A stretch of DNA of 64,000 nt from a virus (lineage: Duplodnaviria; Caudoviricetes), in the IMG/VR virus record IMGVR_UViG_3300035208_003026, positions 144,981 to 208,980 of that record, one strand, 5' to 3'. Numbering within the stretch: position 1 is the stretch's first letter; the number at the start of each line of letters is the position of its first letter. Below, in pieces: positions 10,891-20,737 of this stretch. The position numbers and the translations under genes are program-made. The notes beneath the pieces were generated by a model that saw only the letters and a program-made list of their open reading frames with translations, made no database searches and had not been told where the DNA came from.

Positions 10891-11856
10891 ATGGATATGG
10901 GTAAGAAAAAGAAAGTTATAATCACTGGTAGTGGTGGTTTTATTTTTGGCAATTTCATCAGGCAGGTGTTTTATGCCAAGATACCATATACTATCTCAAG
11001 TATAGATAGGGTTCGTGATTCTCATATTATTCACAATATCTATATAAATCAAGATCATCAATTTTATATAGCTGATGTTAGAGATCCTCATACACTTCGT
11101 GTAATATTTGAGAAAGAACGACCTGATATTGTTATTCATGGAGCTGCTGAAAGCTGTATAGATAATGGTATTGATACTCTTTCATTTACTACTTCAAATG
11201 TTGTAGGTACTCAAAACATTATAGATCAGTGTCTTGCAATTAATGCAAAACTTATTTATATAAGTACTGATAAAGTATACGGATCACTTCCAAATGAGCA
11301 AGCATCTCCTTGGACTGAGGATTTTCCTCTTAATCCAAAAAATATATATTCAGCTACAAAAGCAGCTGGTGAGCTATTGATACAAGCGGCATCTCAGACA
11401 CATAATTTGAAGTTTAACATTGTTCGTGCATCTAATAATTATGGACCATGGCAAACTACCGAAAAACTCATTCCTCGTATTATTGAGAGAGTTTTGACTA
11501 ACAAAGATATTTCAATTTACGGAAAGGGTGATCAGATCCGAGATTGGATTCATGTAAATGATACATGTTCAGCTTTGTTTAAAGTAGTTGATAATGGTAG
11601 TAATGGTGAAACATATAATATAACAGCTAAACAAGAATTCACTAACTTAGAGGTTGCCCAGATTATATGTAATACATTAGGTAAAGGCCATGAGTTGTTG
11701 AAGCATGTTGAAGATAGACCTGGCCATGATTTTAGATATGCGATGAGTAATGAAAAAATCAAAGCTCTTGGTTGGGTACCTGAATATAAGTTTCGCGAAG
11801 GAATTGCGCAAACATGTCAATGGTATGTAAATAATAAGTTTGCTTTGCAACTGTGA
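10891..11856 (+). CDS. rfbB: dTDP-glucose 4,6-dehydratase-like NDP-sugar dehydratase
   Basis: TGSGGFI, HGAAES, STDKVYG, YSATK, SNNYGPWQ, EKLIP, IRDWIHV, DRPGHDFRY. Confidence 0.8.
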   Translation: MDMGKKKKVIITGSGGFIFGNFIRQVFYAKIPYTISSIDRVRDSHIIHNIYINQDHQFYIADVRDPHTLRVIFEKERPDIVIHGAAESCIDNGIDTLSFTTSNVVGTQNIIDQCLAINAKLIYISTDKVYGSLPNEQASPWTEDFPLNPKNIYSATKAAGELLIQAASQTHNLKFNIVRASNNYGPWQTTEKLIPRIIERVLTNKDISIYGKGDQIRDWIHVNDTCSALFKVVDNGSNGETYNITAKQEFTNLEVAQIICNTLGKGHELLKHVEDRPGHDFRYAMSNEKIKALGWVPEYKFREGIAQTCQWYVNNKFALQL

Positions 11857-11872
11857 TATAGATAGGAAAAAT

Positions 11873-13252
11873 ATGGGTACTGAATCTAAAACCGAGGTCT
11901 TGCAAAGAGAGGAAATAGTGAACGACATCAACGATAAGCCACAAGTAGATGAAGAAAAATTGGCCAAACTAAAAGCGCGAGCTGCGCAGAAAAGGGCCGA
12001 AGAAGAAGCAGCGCAAGCTGAACCACAGGAGGAAGTGATGCCACCACGTATTGTAGAAGATCGTAAGAAGAGTCTTCGTTTTGGTGTAATTGGCTCTGGA
12101 CAATGTGGTAGTAGAATTTCTGAACAATTTTATGCTCTTGGATATCCAACGGTAGTTATGAATACAGCTCCACAGGATTTGGAAGATATCAAAGTTCCGG
12201 AACAAAATAAGCTTTTGTTAGATTTTGGTCTAGGTGGTGCTGCTAAAGATCTTAGTATTGGGTATGATGCGGCCGATGCATATCGTGCAGCAATTAACCA
12301 ATTGGTTCAGACCAAACTTAGTGATGCTCAAGTTTTTGTATTCTGTACATCTCTTGGGGGTGGTTCTGGCGCTGGTTCAGTTGAAATTATTGTTGACATT
12401 CTTGCACAGATTGGAAAGCCGGTTGTAGTTCTTACTGTTTTGCCTAAGGCTTCAGAAGATTCTCAGCTTAAACACAATGCTTGGCAGACTCTTCATAAGT
12501 TCACTAAGATGTTTAACGAAGGTAAGATCGACAATATTATTACCGTTGATAATGCCAAGATTGAATCTTTGTATTCAGACGTTGGACCATTCAACTTTTT
12601 CAAAGTCTCTAATAAGGCTATTGTTCAACCTATCGATGTGTTCAATACCATGAGTCGTCGTAAGGACGAAGGTCTCAAGGTTCTAGACTCAACTGAGTTC
12701 GGTAAATTGTTTATCGATGGTAAAGGATTTACTGTATATGGCGAGATGTCAGTTGAGGATTACGAAGATGAGATGGCAATTGCCACCGCTATCGTTGAAT
12801 CTCTTAAGGGCAATTTGTTAGCTTCTGGTTTTGATATTCGCCAGGCCAGATACGCTGGTTTCATGTTAGTAGCTCCAGAGAGTGTTTGGAATAAAATTCC
12901 AAGTTCATCTTTGGATTTTGCACAGCATATGATTAATGATGCGTGTGATTCTCCACTTGCTGTTTTTCATGGTGTTTACCGTGAGGATACTGGTGAGGAT
13001 TGTATCAAGGTATACAGCATGTTCTCTGGTCTTGGTTTGCCTGAGGAGCGTATTGATCAGCTCAAGGCTGAAGCGCAAGCAAAGATGGCAAATGCTCAGC
13101 GCAAGGATGAAGACCGCAAGATGACCATGAAGGTTGATGTTGGCGAAGAGACCATGAACAAGGTTGATGAAATTAAGAAGAAGATTCAACAGAAGGCTTC
13201 TTCATTCAACAAGTTGCATGGTGGAGCTATCAAAGATCGTCGGAAGCTATAA
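11873..13252 (+). CDS. Tubulin/FtsZ-family GTPase (phage tubulin)
   Basis: IGSGQCGSRI, GGAAKD, signature LGGGSGAG, VDN; coiled-coil N and C tails; ATG 11873 after AGGA. Confidence 0.9.
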   Translation: MGTESKTEVLQREEIVNDINDKPQVDEEKLAKLKARAAQKRAEEEAAQAEPQEEVMPPRIVEDRKKSLRFGVIGSGQCGSRISEQFYALGYPTVVMNTAPQDLEDIKVPEQNKLLLDFGLGGAAKDLSIGYDAADAYRAAINQLVQTKLSDAQVFVFCTSLGGGSGAGSVEIIVDILAQIGKPVVVLTVLPKASEDSQLKHNAWQTLHKFTKMFNEGKIDNIITVDNAKIESLYSDVGPFNFFKVSNKAIVQPIDVFNTMSRRKDEGLKVLDSTEFGKLFIDGKGFTVYGEMSVEDYEDEMAIATAIVESLKGNLLASGFDIRQARYAGFMLVAPESVWNKIPSSSLDFAQHMINDACDSPLAVFHGVYREDTGEDCIKVYSMFSGLGLPEERIDQLKAEAQAKMANAQRKDEDRKMTMKVDVGEETMNKVDEIKKKIQQKASSFNKLHGGAIKDRRKL

Positions 13253-13806
13253 TGAATGAAAACCTTTATCTGGTAACAAACTTTGTACTAGACAACCTAG
13301 ATGCAAAGGTTCCGGTAGTAGAAGGTTCATGGCATAAAATCACTGAGGACGAAGTCCTTTACAACTTTAGAAAACATAAAGATGTAAAGTGTCTCGTCCT
13401 TAATGGTAATGGTTTGGCCGAAATAAGAACAACCTCATTTACCGGAAAGCTCTCCGTACCTCTTGTAGCTTTGGACTTTGCGAAGACCATGGACGAATTT
13501 GTTTGTTCTGCTTGTATAGTTCAATTTAAAGAAAATTTTAGTTCGTTCAAGCAAGTTAAGCTTGGTGAACTTCAGGATTGGGTTCAGTCTTGTAAAGATG
13601 GAGCGTTTTATGCCAATGAAAAAACAAGGGGTTTCATTACGGCAGAAAATGTTCTCAACGCATCTTTACCAGATGGTGTTATAGTGTACATACCAGATTG
13701 TGTTGGGCTTATTCCTTGTAAGTTTGATAGTGATGGGAAGTTATCGAAGTTTGGGCTGAACATGATGATGGGTTATGCGGTATTTGCAAATGTGGAGGAA
13801 ATATGA
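13252..13806 (+). CDS. Hypothetical protein, possibly a diverged capsid-domain derivative
   Basis: 184 aa, coupled start/stop overlaps; C-terminus weakly resembles huge-phage MCP C-terminus (from memory). Confidence 0.5.
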   Translation: MNENLYLVTNFVLDNLDAKVPVVEGSWHKITEDEVLYNFRKHKDVKCLVLNGNGLAEIRTTSFTGKLSVPLVALDFAKTMDEFVCSACIVQFKENFSSFKQVKLGELQDWVQSCKDGAFYANEKTRGFITAENVLNASLPDGVIVYIPDCVGLIPCKFDSDGKLSKFGLNMMMGYAVFANVEEI

Positions 13807-14297
13807 AATATTCACTAGTTATCAATGCTAAAGGACCAAAACCATCAGATTTTGCCGTATATCTTACGGACGCAAAAGAACATATAGATAAGGATGCTTC
13901 TTGGTTCGCTGTTGGAAGGCTTCAGAGCGTTCATTTTAATGCAAGTTCTGATAACTTCATTCCAAAAGTAAGTGGTAGTTTTGTTGGTGTTTCGATTAGC
14001 AAGTGCGATGAACCAGATCTGAGTGGAGGTTTCAATGTCTTTTATTCAGGTTTTGCTATGATTAATGATGAAAACCAGAGAGCTTTAACTGAATTATATA
14101 TTCGTAAGGGATATGATGTTATCGGTTTAGTTAAGGAAATAGATTTTGATGTTGATGTAAATGGTAAAGCAAAGCTCTATATCGAAACTTGTAATCCGGT
14201 CGAGTTGTATGGAGATGATACAACTCCATGGTATAAAGATATTCAAGATTGGGTAGATCTTAAAGTTATATCTTTCAAAGAGGTATCTAATGGATAA
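13803..14297 (+). CDS. Hypothetical protein
   Basis: GGAGG RBS; internal pseudo-repeat VGRLQSVHFNAS / IGLVKEIDFDVD. Confidence 0.6.
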   Translation: MKYSLVINAKGPKPSDFAVYLTDAKEHIDKDASWFAVGRLQSVHFNASSDNFIPKVSGSFVGVSISKCDEPDLSGGFNVFYSGFAMINDENQRALTELYIRKGYDVIGLVKEIDFDVDVNGKAKLYIETCNPVELYGDDTTPWYKDIQDWVDLKVISFKEVSNG

Positions 14298-14403
14298 GTG
14301 GGCAATTTTGGTTTGGGACGAAGAAGAGTTGACTATGGTTACCGAGTACATTGATGGTATTTGGGGCGCTGCAACTCCAGAAGAAGAAATAGTTTGGCAC
14401 TGA
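14290..14403 (+). CDS. Small acidic hypothetical protein (37 aa)
   Basis: GAGG RBS, ATG 14290, fills the gap between two genes; below ORF-track cutoff. Confidence 0.4.
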   Translation: MDKWAILVWDEEELTMVTEYIDGIWGAATPEEEIVWH

Positions 14404-14412
14404 CGGAGTAGA

Positions 14413-17169
14413 ATGACATCAATTGTCAGATTCGATAACTCATGTAAAATTGTTGATGAAGATGACCTGGAACTATACAAAGCCCTGGACAACGAACTCA
14501 GCTTTCAAATTAAAGGAGCTGAGTTCTCAGCGGCGTATCAAGGTTACATCAATGAGTCAGGAGAATTTGTAACTTGGGACGGTAAGCGGCATTTGCTAAA
14601 TAGTAATGGTAAATTTCCTGTTGGTTTACTTCCCAGAGTTCAGGAGTTTTTTTCTCGAAGAGGAATTTATGTTCCTGTAATCGATCAGAGAACATTAAGA
14701 AGTCCATTATTAGAACTTGATATTTCTGGTAATTTGCAGAAATTAGGAAAGATTCCACGACCATATCAAATTATGGCTGCAGAAACAGCTGTTGGAACAG
14801 ATCGCGGCATTATTCGTATGGCCACGGGCGCTGGAAAGTGCAATTCTATTGATTCATTACATATAACCGAAAATGGATTATTAGATTATAAAGAACTTCT
14901 TGAAGATATTTCTTTACCAGAAGGCTGTTGTATTCCGTATGATATAAAAGTTTCTACATCTAAAGTTTTTGGTGAGACTGATTCGTCTTCTATGATTTAT
15001 AGAGATGGATATGGGAAATCATTAAAGATAACAACTTCTTATGGTTACAATTTAACAGCAACTTATAATCATAAGATTCAAGTAATAGATAAAGATGGAA
15101 ATTTTGTTTGGAAGAAATTTCTGGATTTATCATGTGATGATTATGCTCTTATTTCATATAATAATATGATGTTTGGCAATGATCAAATGTCTAAAGATGA
15201 AGCTTATTGGCTTGGTTTGTTGTTTGGAGACGGTTCTTTAACATTAAAACATCAGGTAAGTTTCACAAATATGGATGAACATATTCTGAATTTTGTAAAA
15301 TTATTTTTGGATAATAATAATATTCTTTATAAAGAATATAATACAAAAAGTAAAGCTAAAAATATAAATATTTATAGTTTAAAATATAGAGATTATTTAT
15401 ATAATATGGGTTTTGGTTATGAAAAAAGTATACATAAAACTGTTCCGAAGCATATACGAAAATTAAATGAAAAATCTTTAGCTATGTTTTTGCGCGGAAT
15501 TTACGAAACAGATGGATGGGTTGAAAATAAAGGGTCTAAAATATGTATTTGTTTAGGTTTATCTAATAAAAAAGCAATAGATCAAATTCATTTGCTTTTA
15601 GCAAATTTTGGAATTATAGCATCAAGACGTTTAAAGAAAACAACACATCAAGATAGTCATATATTAACAATTTATAGAGATTATATTGATGTATTTAATG
15701 ATAGGATTGGGTTTGATCCAAATGGTAAAAAGTTTAAAAGAATACAACAATTAAAAAATTGTAAACATAATTCAAATCAAAAAATTTCAAATATAAAATA
15801 TAGAATAAAAAGTATAATTAACAGTGTTCCTTTTGAGAAAAAATTATGTCCTATAAAATGGGAAACTGTAAAATCATGGCTAGGAAAATGTGCATGGAGG
15901 GAACCTTCAAAAGAAAATCTTATATGTTTACTGTCTTTTATAATTAATAGATATAAATCATCTGATGCCAAGTATTTATTATTACAGATAACTGATGTTT
16001 TTTGCGATAAAATAAAAAAAATAGAAGAAACATATGTAGATAATTATGATTTTGTTATACCAAAAACTCATAGTTTTATATCTCAGGGTTTTATAAATCA
16101 TAATACACTCGTATCTGCTTTGATAGCTTCAAAGATTGGTAAAAAGGCATTGATATTAGTAATTGGTAAAGATCTTTTATACCAGACAAATAATTTTTTT
16201 ACCAAAGTCTTTGGACAGGAAATTGGTATTATTGGAGATGGTAAGTGTGAGATTAGGGATATTAATGTTGCTACTATCTGGAGTGTTGGTCAGGCACTTG
16301 GAATTAAGCAAAATGCAACAATTGATGATGATAATGATTCTGAAAAGAAAGTTGATTCTTCTAAATTCAAAAATATTAGACAAATGTTACTTGATTCTGA
16401 TTTGGTCCTGATCGATGAATGCCATCTTGCAGCTTGCGATACTGTTCAGGCAATATCTCGCAACATCAAGGGTGAATATGTTTACGGTATGTCTGCAAGT
16501 CCTTGGCGTGATGATGGTGCTGATATGCTTATCGAGGCGTTTTTGGGCCGAAAGATTGTGGATATTGGTGCTCGTAGTTTGATCGATCAGGGATATCTTG
16601 TGGAACCGAACATCAGATTTCTAGCTCCTAAACCTTACAAGTTCAAGAGTGGTCAGTATCAAAGTATCTACTCCAAGTATATCGTAGAAAATGAGCAACG
16701 AAACGGAATGGTAATCAAGGGAGCGCAGAAGTTGGTCGAGCAAGGCTTCGTCCCGCTGGTGCTGTTCCACACGATTAAGCATGGCGATACTCTGTTCAAG
16801 GAGCTGAAGAAGAGTATTCCAACCGCCTTACTGAGCGGAAAGGATAACTCAAATGTTCGAGAAAAGATCAAGACAGAATTGGAAGATGGTAAGTTGAAGT
16901 GTTTAGTTGCTTCAAAGATCTTTGACCTAGGAATTGATTTACCAATTCTATCTGGACTTGTTATTGCTGGTGGAGGAAAATCTTCTGTTCGAGCCCTTCA
17001 AAGGATAGGTCGAGTAATTAGACCATATCCTGGTAAAAATACAGCAGCTGTAATCGATTTTAGTGACCAAGCTCCTTATTTAAGTGATCATGCAGATATT
17101 CGTCGTCAAATCTATGAATCGGAGTTTAATGTTCAATGGCCACAAGAAAAAAGCAACAAGGAAAGTTAA
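14413..17169 (+). CDS. Superfamily 2 (UvsW/XPB-like) helicase with intein
   Basis: RPYQ, ATGAGK|T, LIDECH, GMSASP, GIDLP, LQRIGRVIR. Confidence 0.92.
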   Translation: MTSIVRFDNSCKIVDEDDLELYKALDNELSFQIKGAEFSAAYQGYINESGEFVTWDGKRHLLNSNGKFPVGLLPRVQEFFSRRGIYVPVIDQRTLRSPLLELDISGNLQKLGKIPRPYQIMAAETAVGTDRGIIRMATGAGKCNSIDSLHITENGLLDYKELLEDISLPEGCCIPYDIKVSTSKVFGETDSSSMIYRDGYGKSLKITTSYGYNLTATYNHKIQVIDKDGNFVWKKFLDLSCDDYALISYNNMMFGNDQMSKDEAYWLGLLFGDGSLTLKHQVSFTNMDEHILNFVKLFLDNNNILYKEYNTKSKAKNINIYSLKYRDYLYNMGFGYEKSIHKTVPKHIRKLNEKSLAMFLRGIYETDGWVENKGSKICICLGLSNKKAIDQIHLLLANFGIIASRRLKKTTHQDSHILTIYRDYIDVFNDRIGFDPNGKKFKRIQQLKNCKHNSNQKISNIKYRIKSIINSVPFEKKLCPIKWETVKSWLGKCAWREPSKENLICLLSFIINRYKSSDAKYLLLQITDVFCDKIKKIEETYVDNYDFVIPKTHSFISQGFINHNTLVSALIASKIGKKALILVIGKDLLYQTNNFFTKVFGQEIGIIGDGKCEIRDINVATIWSVGQALGIKQNATIDDDNDSEKKVDSSKFKNIRQMLLDSDLVLIDECHLAACDTVQAISRNIKGEYVYGMSASPWRDDGADMLIEAFLGRKIVDIGARSLIDQGYLVEPNIRFLAPKPYKFKSGQYQSIYSKYIVENEQRNGMVIKGAQKLVEQGFVPLVLFHTIKHGDTLFKELKKSIPTALLSGKDNSNVREKIKTELEDGKLKCLVASKIFDLGIDLPILSGLVIAGGGKSSVRALQRIGRVIRPYPGKNTAAVIDFSDQAPYLSDHADIRRQIYESEFNVQWPQEKSNKES
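14839..16104 (+). mobile_element. Intein (422 aa) with LAGLIDADG endonuclease in helicase Walker A
   Basis: GK|CNSIDS...TYNH...LGLLFGDG...FLRGIYETDG...GFINHN|T; much more AT-rich than flanks. Confidence 0.95.
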
Positions 17170-17759
17170 GCGGTCTTACTGTTGACGGTACGCCCAATGC
17201 GTATTGGCGCAGGTTTAAAGAAAGACTTGAGGCTTATGAAGAGGTCCCAGTTAAAGACTGGAAAGAAGAGCAAATGCTCGGTCATATCATTAAGCGATAC
17301 AAAGATGTAATGGAAGTTGACTTTGCTCTTTCGTATTCTGGTCCTCCTACAAAATGTAAAGAGATTTATTGTCTTCGAAGAACAATCTTAGCTCTTGGTG
17401 CTGATGATGGTCCAACTGTCAAGCAGTATATTGATTGGGTTTTTGATACAAAAATCATACCTCAGAAGATGACAATCTCAAGTATTGCGTTCTTCTTTAC
17501 CACAAATCTAGTTCTAACATTCAAGAAAGATATGCGTAAGCAGAATCGTATATCTAGAGCAACGGAATTACCAAAAGAATATTCTGATATAGCTATTGCT
17601 TTTGAATTAGATGTAAAAACTTATGGAGATTTAGCCTTTGCTAAGGTTGCTCTGGAAGATGATCCAAACAATGAGGATCTTAGTGTTTACTCTAATCTTT
17701 TTGGTAAATTGAGAGAGATTGGGTTTGATGATATTGTTCTAGGATCGATAGAGGGATAA
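17136..17759 (+). CDS. Hypothetical protein in replication block
   Basis: 207 aa between helicase and DnaC-like loader; no motif recognised. Confidence 0.6.
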   Translation: MATRKKQQGKLSGLTVDGTPNAYWRRFKERLEAYEEVPVKDWKEEQMLGHIIKRYKDVMEVDFALSYSGPPTKCKEIYCLRRTILALGADDGPTVKQYIDWVFDTKIIPQKMTISSIAFFFTTNLVLTFKKDMRKQNRISRATELPKEYSDIAIAFELDVKTYGDLAFAKVALEDDPNNEDLSVYSNLFGKLREIGFDDIVLGSIEG

Positions 17760-18181
17760 TGGAAATATCGATTGGCTCAATGATCAAGATATTCTGTCTA
17801 GGTGGTGTTATGGAAGCTGGAAAGCTGATCGAACGCACTAAAGAGCAAATGGTGCTTGAGCTGATCGATAAATCCTACACGATTATTCAGAATCCTGATC
17901 AGAACATTATCGCAATTAAGATCTCTGCTTACGAAAGAAAGTCGAGCACCGAGGATGAGGTGTTTGTTGACGTTGAGCTAAAACCCGAACGCTATGCTCG
18001 CAAAGAGGATTTGCGAGCAGCTAGCCTTGCTGAGTTGCACAAACTTAAAGCAAATGAAGAGCGTAAAAGGGCTAGAGAAAAGCTAACGAGTTATCAATTG
18101 ACAGCACAACCAGAGGTGGCTTTTGGACTTCCAGACTTCAGCAAATCCGTTTCTAAATATCCCAAGAAAAAAACTCGATGA
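17759..18181 (+). CDS. Hypothetical protein
   Basis: 140 aa, GAGG RBS, coupled to upstream stop. Confidence 0.6.
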   Translation: MEISIGSMIKIFCLGGVMEAGKLIERTKEQMVLELIDKSYTIIQNPDQNIIAIKISAYERKSSTEDEVFVDVELKPERYARKEDLRAASLAELHKLKANEERKRAREKLTSYQLTAQPEVAFGLPDFSKSVSKYPKKKTR

Positions 18182-18848
18182 TGCTCTAAGTGACATCAAA
18201 GATCATTACTCTGACCAGAATGGCCTTCTTACAAAAGAAGGCGCTATTCTTACTGAGGTTTTCTATGGGTATTACAACTCCAATATTCCTGTGGATTATT
18301 GGTGGAGAGATATGTCCGATTTCATCGGACCACCTATCCTTAAGAATTTCTATAATTCTTATGTAGAAGATATTAAAACAGCTTACAAAGATGGTAAGCG
18401 TGCCCGTTTGGGAGGCTCACATGGTGTAGGTAAAAGTATGACATGTGCGTGTATTCTCAAACGTGTTGTAGAAACTCAAAAGTATAGTACTTTGTATATT
18501 AATCTTACAGATATAATTCATGTACTCTTAACTTCATCGCACGAAGATAAAATCTATGCCAGACAAAATCTTTTAAGTGTAGATTTTTTGGTAATAGATG
18601 AATTTGATGAGAGATTTATGGGATCAGAAAATGCTGCTGATTTATTTGGTCGTATTTTGGAACCTATTTTAAGAACAAGAATTCAAAATAGAATGCCTTT
18701 GTTAATATGTACGAATACAGCAAAAATTGAAGATTCTTTTTCTGGACCTTTAAAAGCAAGTATAGAAAGCTTATTCAACTTAATAAAGCTTGTACCTGTT
18801 ATTGGTGGTAAAGATGTTCGTGCAATGATTAAAAATGGTGAGTTATGA
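18123..18848 (+). CDS. DnaC/IstB-like AAA+ helicase loader
   Basis: Walker A GSHGVGKS, Walker B FLVIDE, R..NRMPLLICTN; adjacent to dnaB. Confidence 0.85.
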   Translation: MDFQTSANPFLNIPRKKLDDALSDIKDHYSDQNGLLTKEGAILTEVFYGYYNSNIPVDYWWRDMSDFIGPPILKNFYNSYVEDIKTAYKDGKRARLGGSHGVGKSMTCACILKRVVETQKYSTLYINLTDIIHVLLTSSHEDKIYARQNLLSVDFLVIDEFDERFMGSENAADLFGRILEPILRTRIQNRMPLLICTNTAKIEDSFSGPLKASIESLFNLIKLVPVIGGKDVRAMIKNGEL

Positions 18849-20302
18849 TGGAAGAACTCGATCTCAAAGTCCTTAAAGGTATCCTTACTGATAAAGTAAA
18901 TGCCTTAACATTTGCTCATAGATATGATCACACTTTATTCGATGAGGATTCTGAGCGTTTTGCTAAGCTTGTAATTGATTACATCAAGCATTTCCGTACG
19001 CCGCCCACAAAGCGTACCCTTATTGATCGGCATAAGAACAATTCCCACATTACAGACATTATTGAAGGCGCTTGGGATGAAGTGGATGCTGTTGAATCCA
19101 ATGCATACGAATTCCAGTATGATCTTGGAGAGTTAAAGAAGCGATATCAGCAACGTGCTGTGGAGATAATCCGTGAACGTGCGGCAACTGAGGATCCTGA
19201 TTCTCCAGAGAATCCAGATGAGTACTTTAACAAGTTATCTCTTGAGATATCTCGCGTTACTTCTCTTGATATGGAGAGAACTCACACACAAATGCCTGTT
19301 GGGGATTATGTGGATGAGTTCCAGGAGGGCTATGATTCTAGACGCCAAAGTCCAGAAGAATCCCCTGAGATTAAGACTGGGTATTCCATGATTGATGCTG
19401 TCACTGGTGGGGTATCCCCTGGTGAACTCATTATGATAGGCGCAGAAACAAATGGGGGTAAGTCTATGATGCTTAATAACATGGGTAAACAAATTTGGAT
19501 GCAGGGAAATACTCTAGATACTGAAGGCAATTTCCAGCGTGGGTATAACATATTATATTTTTCATTAGAGATGCCATATCAGGATTGTTTTATTAGATTC
19601 TTGGCATCCCTAGCCAATGTTCCTCAAAGATCTTTGCAGAAGTCTCTTCTTACCAGAGAAGAGGAAAAAAGAGTTCAACAAGCTTATGATTTTATAAAGA
19701 GATATCAGGAAGCCGGGTATTATTTTGACATTGTAGACGTTCCTCGAAATCTTACTATCGAGGAAGTGGAGCTAAGGTATCACGATGCCATGTTACGTTA
19801 TCGCCCAGAAGTAGTCATTGTGGATTACATGGGTTTGATGCATAGCAAGGCACTTGCAAAAGAGCAAGACTGGTTGAAGCTTGGTGGGATTGCATCATCA
19901 CTTCACGAGTTTGCTAGAGCTTATGATTGTGTAGTTATTACAGCTGCTCAGCTTACGGACCTTAAGAGGAATGCTGGTTCTTATAGTTCGCAAGAAGATG
20001 GTCGTCAAGTTGGTGTACATAGATGGGGACGTTCAAGTTTGATTATGCACAACGTCAATCTAGGTATACAGATTGAAACAAGACCAAATGAGAGATCATT
20101 CCCAGATTTAAAGATTCATGTTGTAAAGAACAGAAAAGGACCATTGGGTCAAGGAAATCTCGTAAAGAATTTTGCCAATGCATCACTAGTTGATGTTCCT
20201 TTTGATCAGAGAGAAATACCCGGAGATGTATCTTCAGATATCCCAAACTTGATTAAAGCTATTCAAGATGCCAAAAATGCCAAGGCAAGCGATTCTAAAT
20301 GA
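18845..20302 (+). CDS. dnaB: Replicative DnaB-like helicase
   Basis: IKTGYSMID, GAETNGGKS, FSLEM, VIVDYMGLM, TAAQL, KNRKGP. Confidence 0.92.
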   Translation: MMEELDLKVLKGILTDKVNALTFAHRYDHTLFDEDSERFAKLVIDYIKHFRTPPTKRTLIDRHKNNSHITDIIEGAWDEVDAVESNAYEFQYDLGELKKRYQQRAVEIIRERAATEDPDSPENPDEYFNKLSLEISRVTSLDMERTHTQMPVGDYVDEFQEGYDSRRQSPEESPEIKTGYSMIDAVTGGVSPGELIMIGAETNGGKSMMLNNMGKQIWMQGNTLDTEGNFQRGYNILYFSLEMPYQDCFIRFLASLANVPQRSLQKSLLTREEEKRVQQAYDFIKRYQEAGYYFDIVDVPRNLTIEEVELRYHDAMLRYRPEVVIVDYMGLMHSKALAKEQDWLKLGGIASSLHEFARAYDCVVITAAQLTDLKRNAGSYSSQEDGRQVGVHRWGRSSLIMHNVNLGIQIETRPNERSFPDLKIHVVKNRKGPLGQGNLVKNFANASLVDVPFDQREIPGDVSSDIPNLIKAIQDAKNAKASDSK

Positions 20303-20475
20303 ATACACCAGATACTATAGCTAGAGCAGTAAGAATTGAGATAGATCCTCTTACTGGTGATGTATATTTGGTATTTAAGGTTATTGATGAGGCGTTTAAA
20401 CAAAATGTTCGAGAAAACTGGGAGCAGGATATTGAAGTAAAGGTTCTTGGAAGAGACCTTGTAAAACGGAGTTAA
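20299..20475 (+). CDS. Small hypothetical protein (58 aa)
   Basis: Manual ORF MNTPDTIARAVRIEIDPLTGDVYLVFK...; ATGA overlap with dnaB stop, ends 1 nt before next ATG. Confidence 0.65.
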   Translation: MNTPDTIARAVRIEIDPLTGDVYLVFKVIDEAFKQNVRENWEQDIEVKVLGRDLVKRS

Positions 20476-20476
20476 T

Positions 20477-20737
20477 ATGCCATGTTATGAACATCTGTGT
20501 CAATTTTGCAAACATGAATGGGAAGATACTTACAGTATCCATGCTGAAGTACCAAAAATTTGCCCAGAATGTAAAACTGAAGGACAAGTCAAGAGACTTA
20601 TTTCAGGAGGCGGATCTGTTAAAGTAGAATTGACAGGTAAAGAACTTATACAACAACTCTGGAAAGAGGGAAAGCAAATTGCCAAAGAAGCAAGAAAGAA
20701 TGAAAACCTAGCTGCTAGTTTATATGGACGAAAATAG
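20477..20737 (+). CDS. FmdB-family zinc-ribbon regulator
   Basis: MPCYEHLCQFCKH...CPEC...KRLIS pattern. Confidence 0.85.
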   Translation: MPCYEHLCQFCKHEWEDTYSIHAEVPKICPECKTEGQVKRLISGGGSVKVELTGKELIQQLWKEGKQIAKEARKNENLAASLYGRK

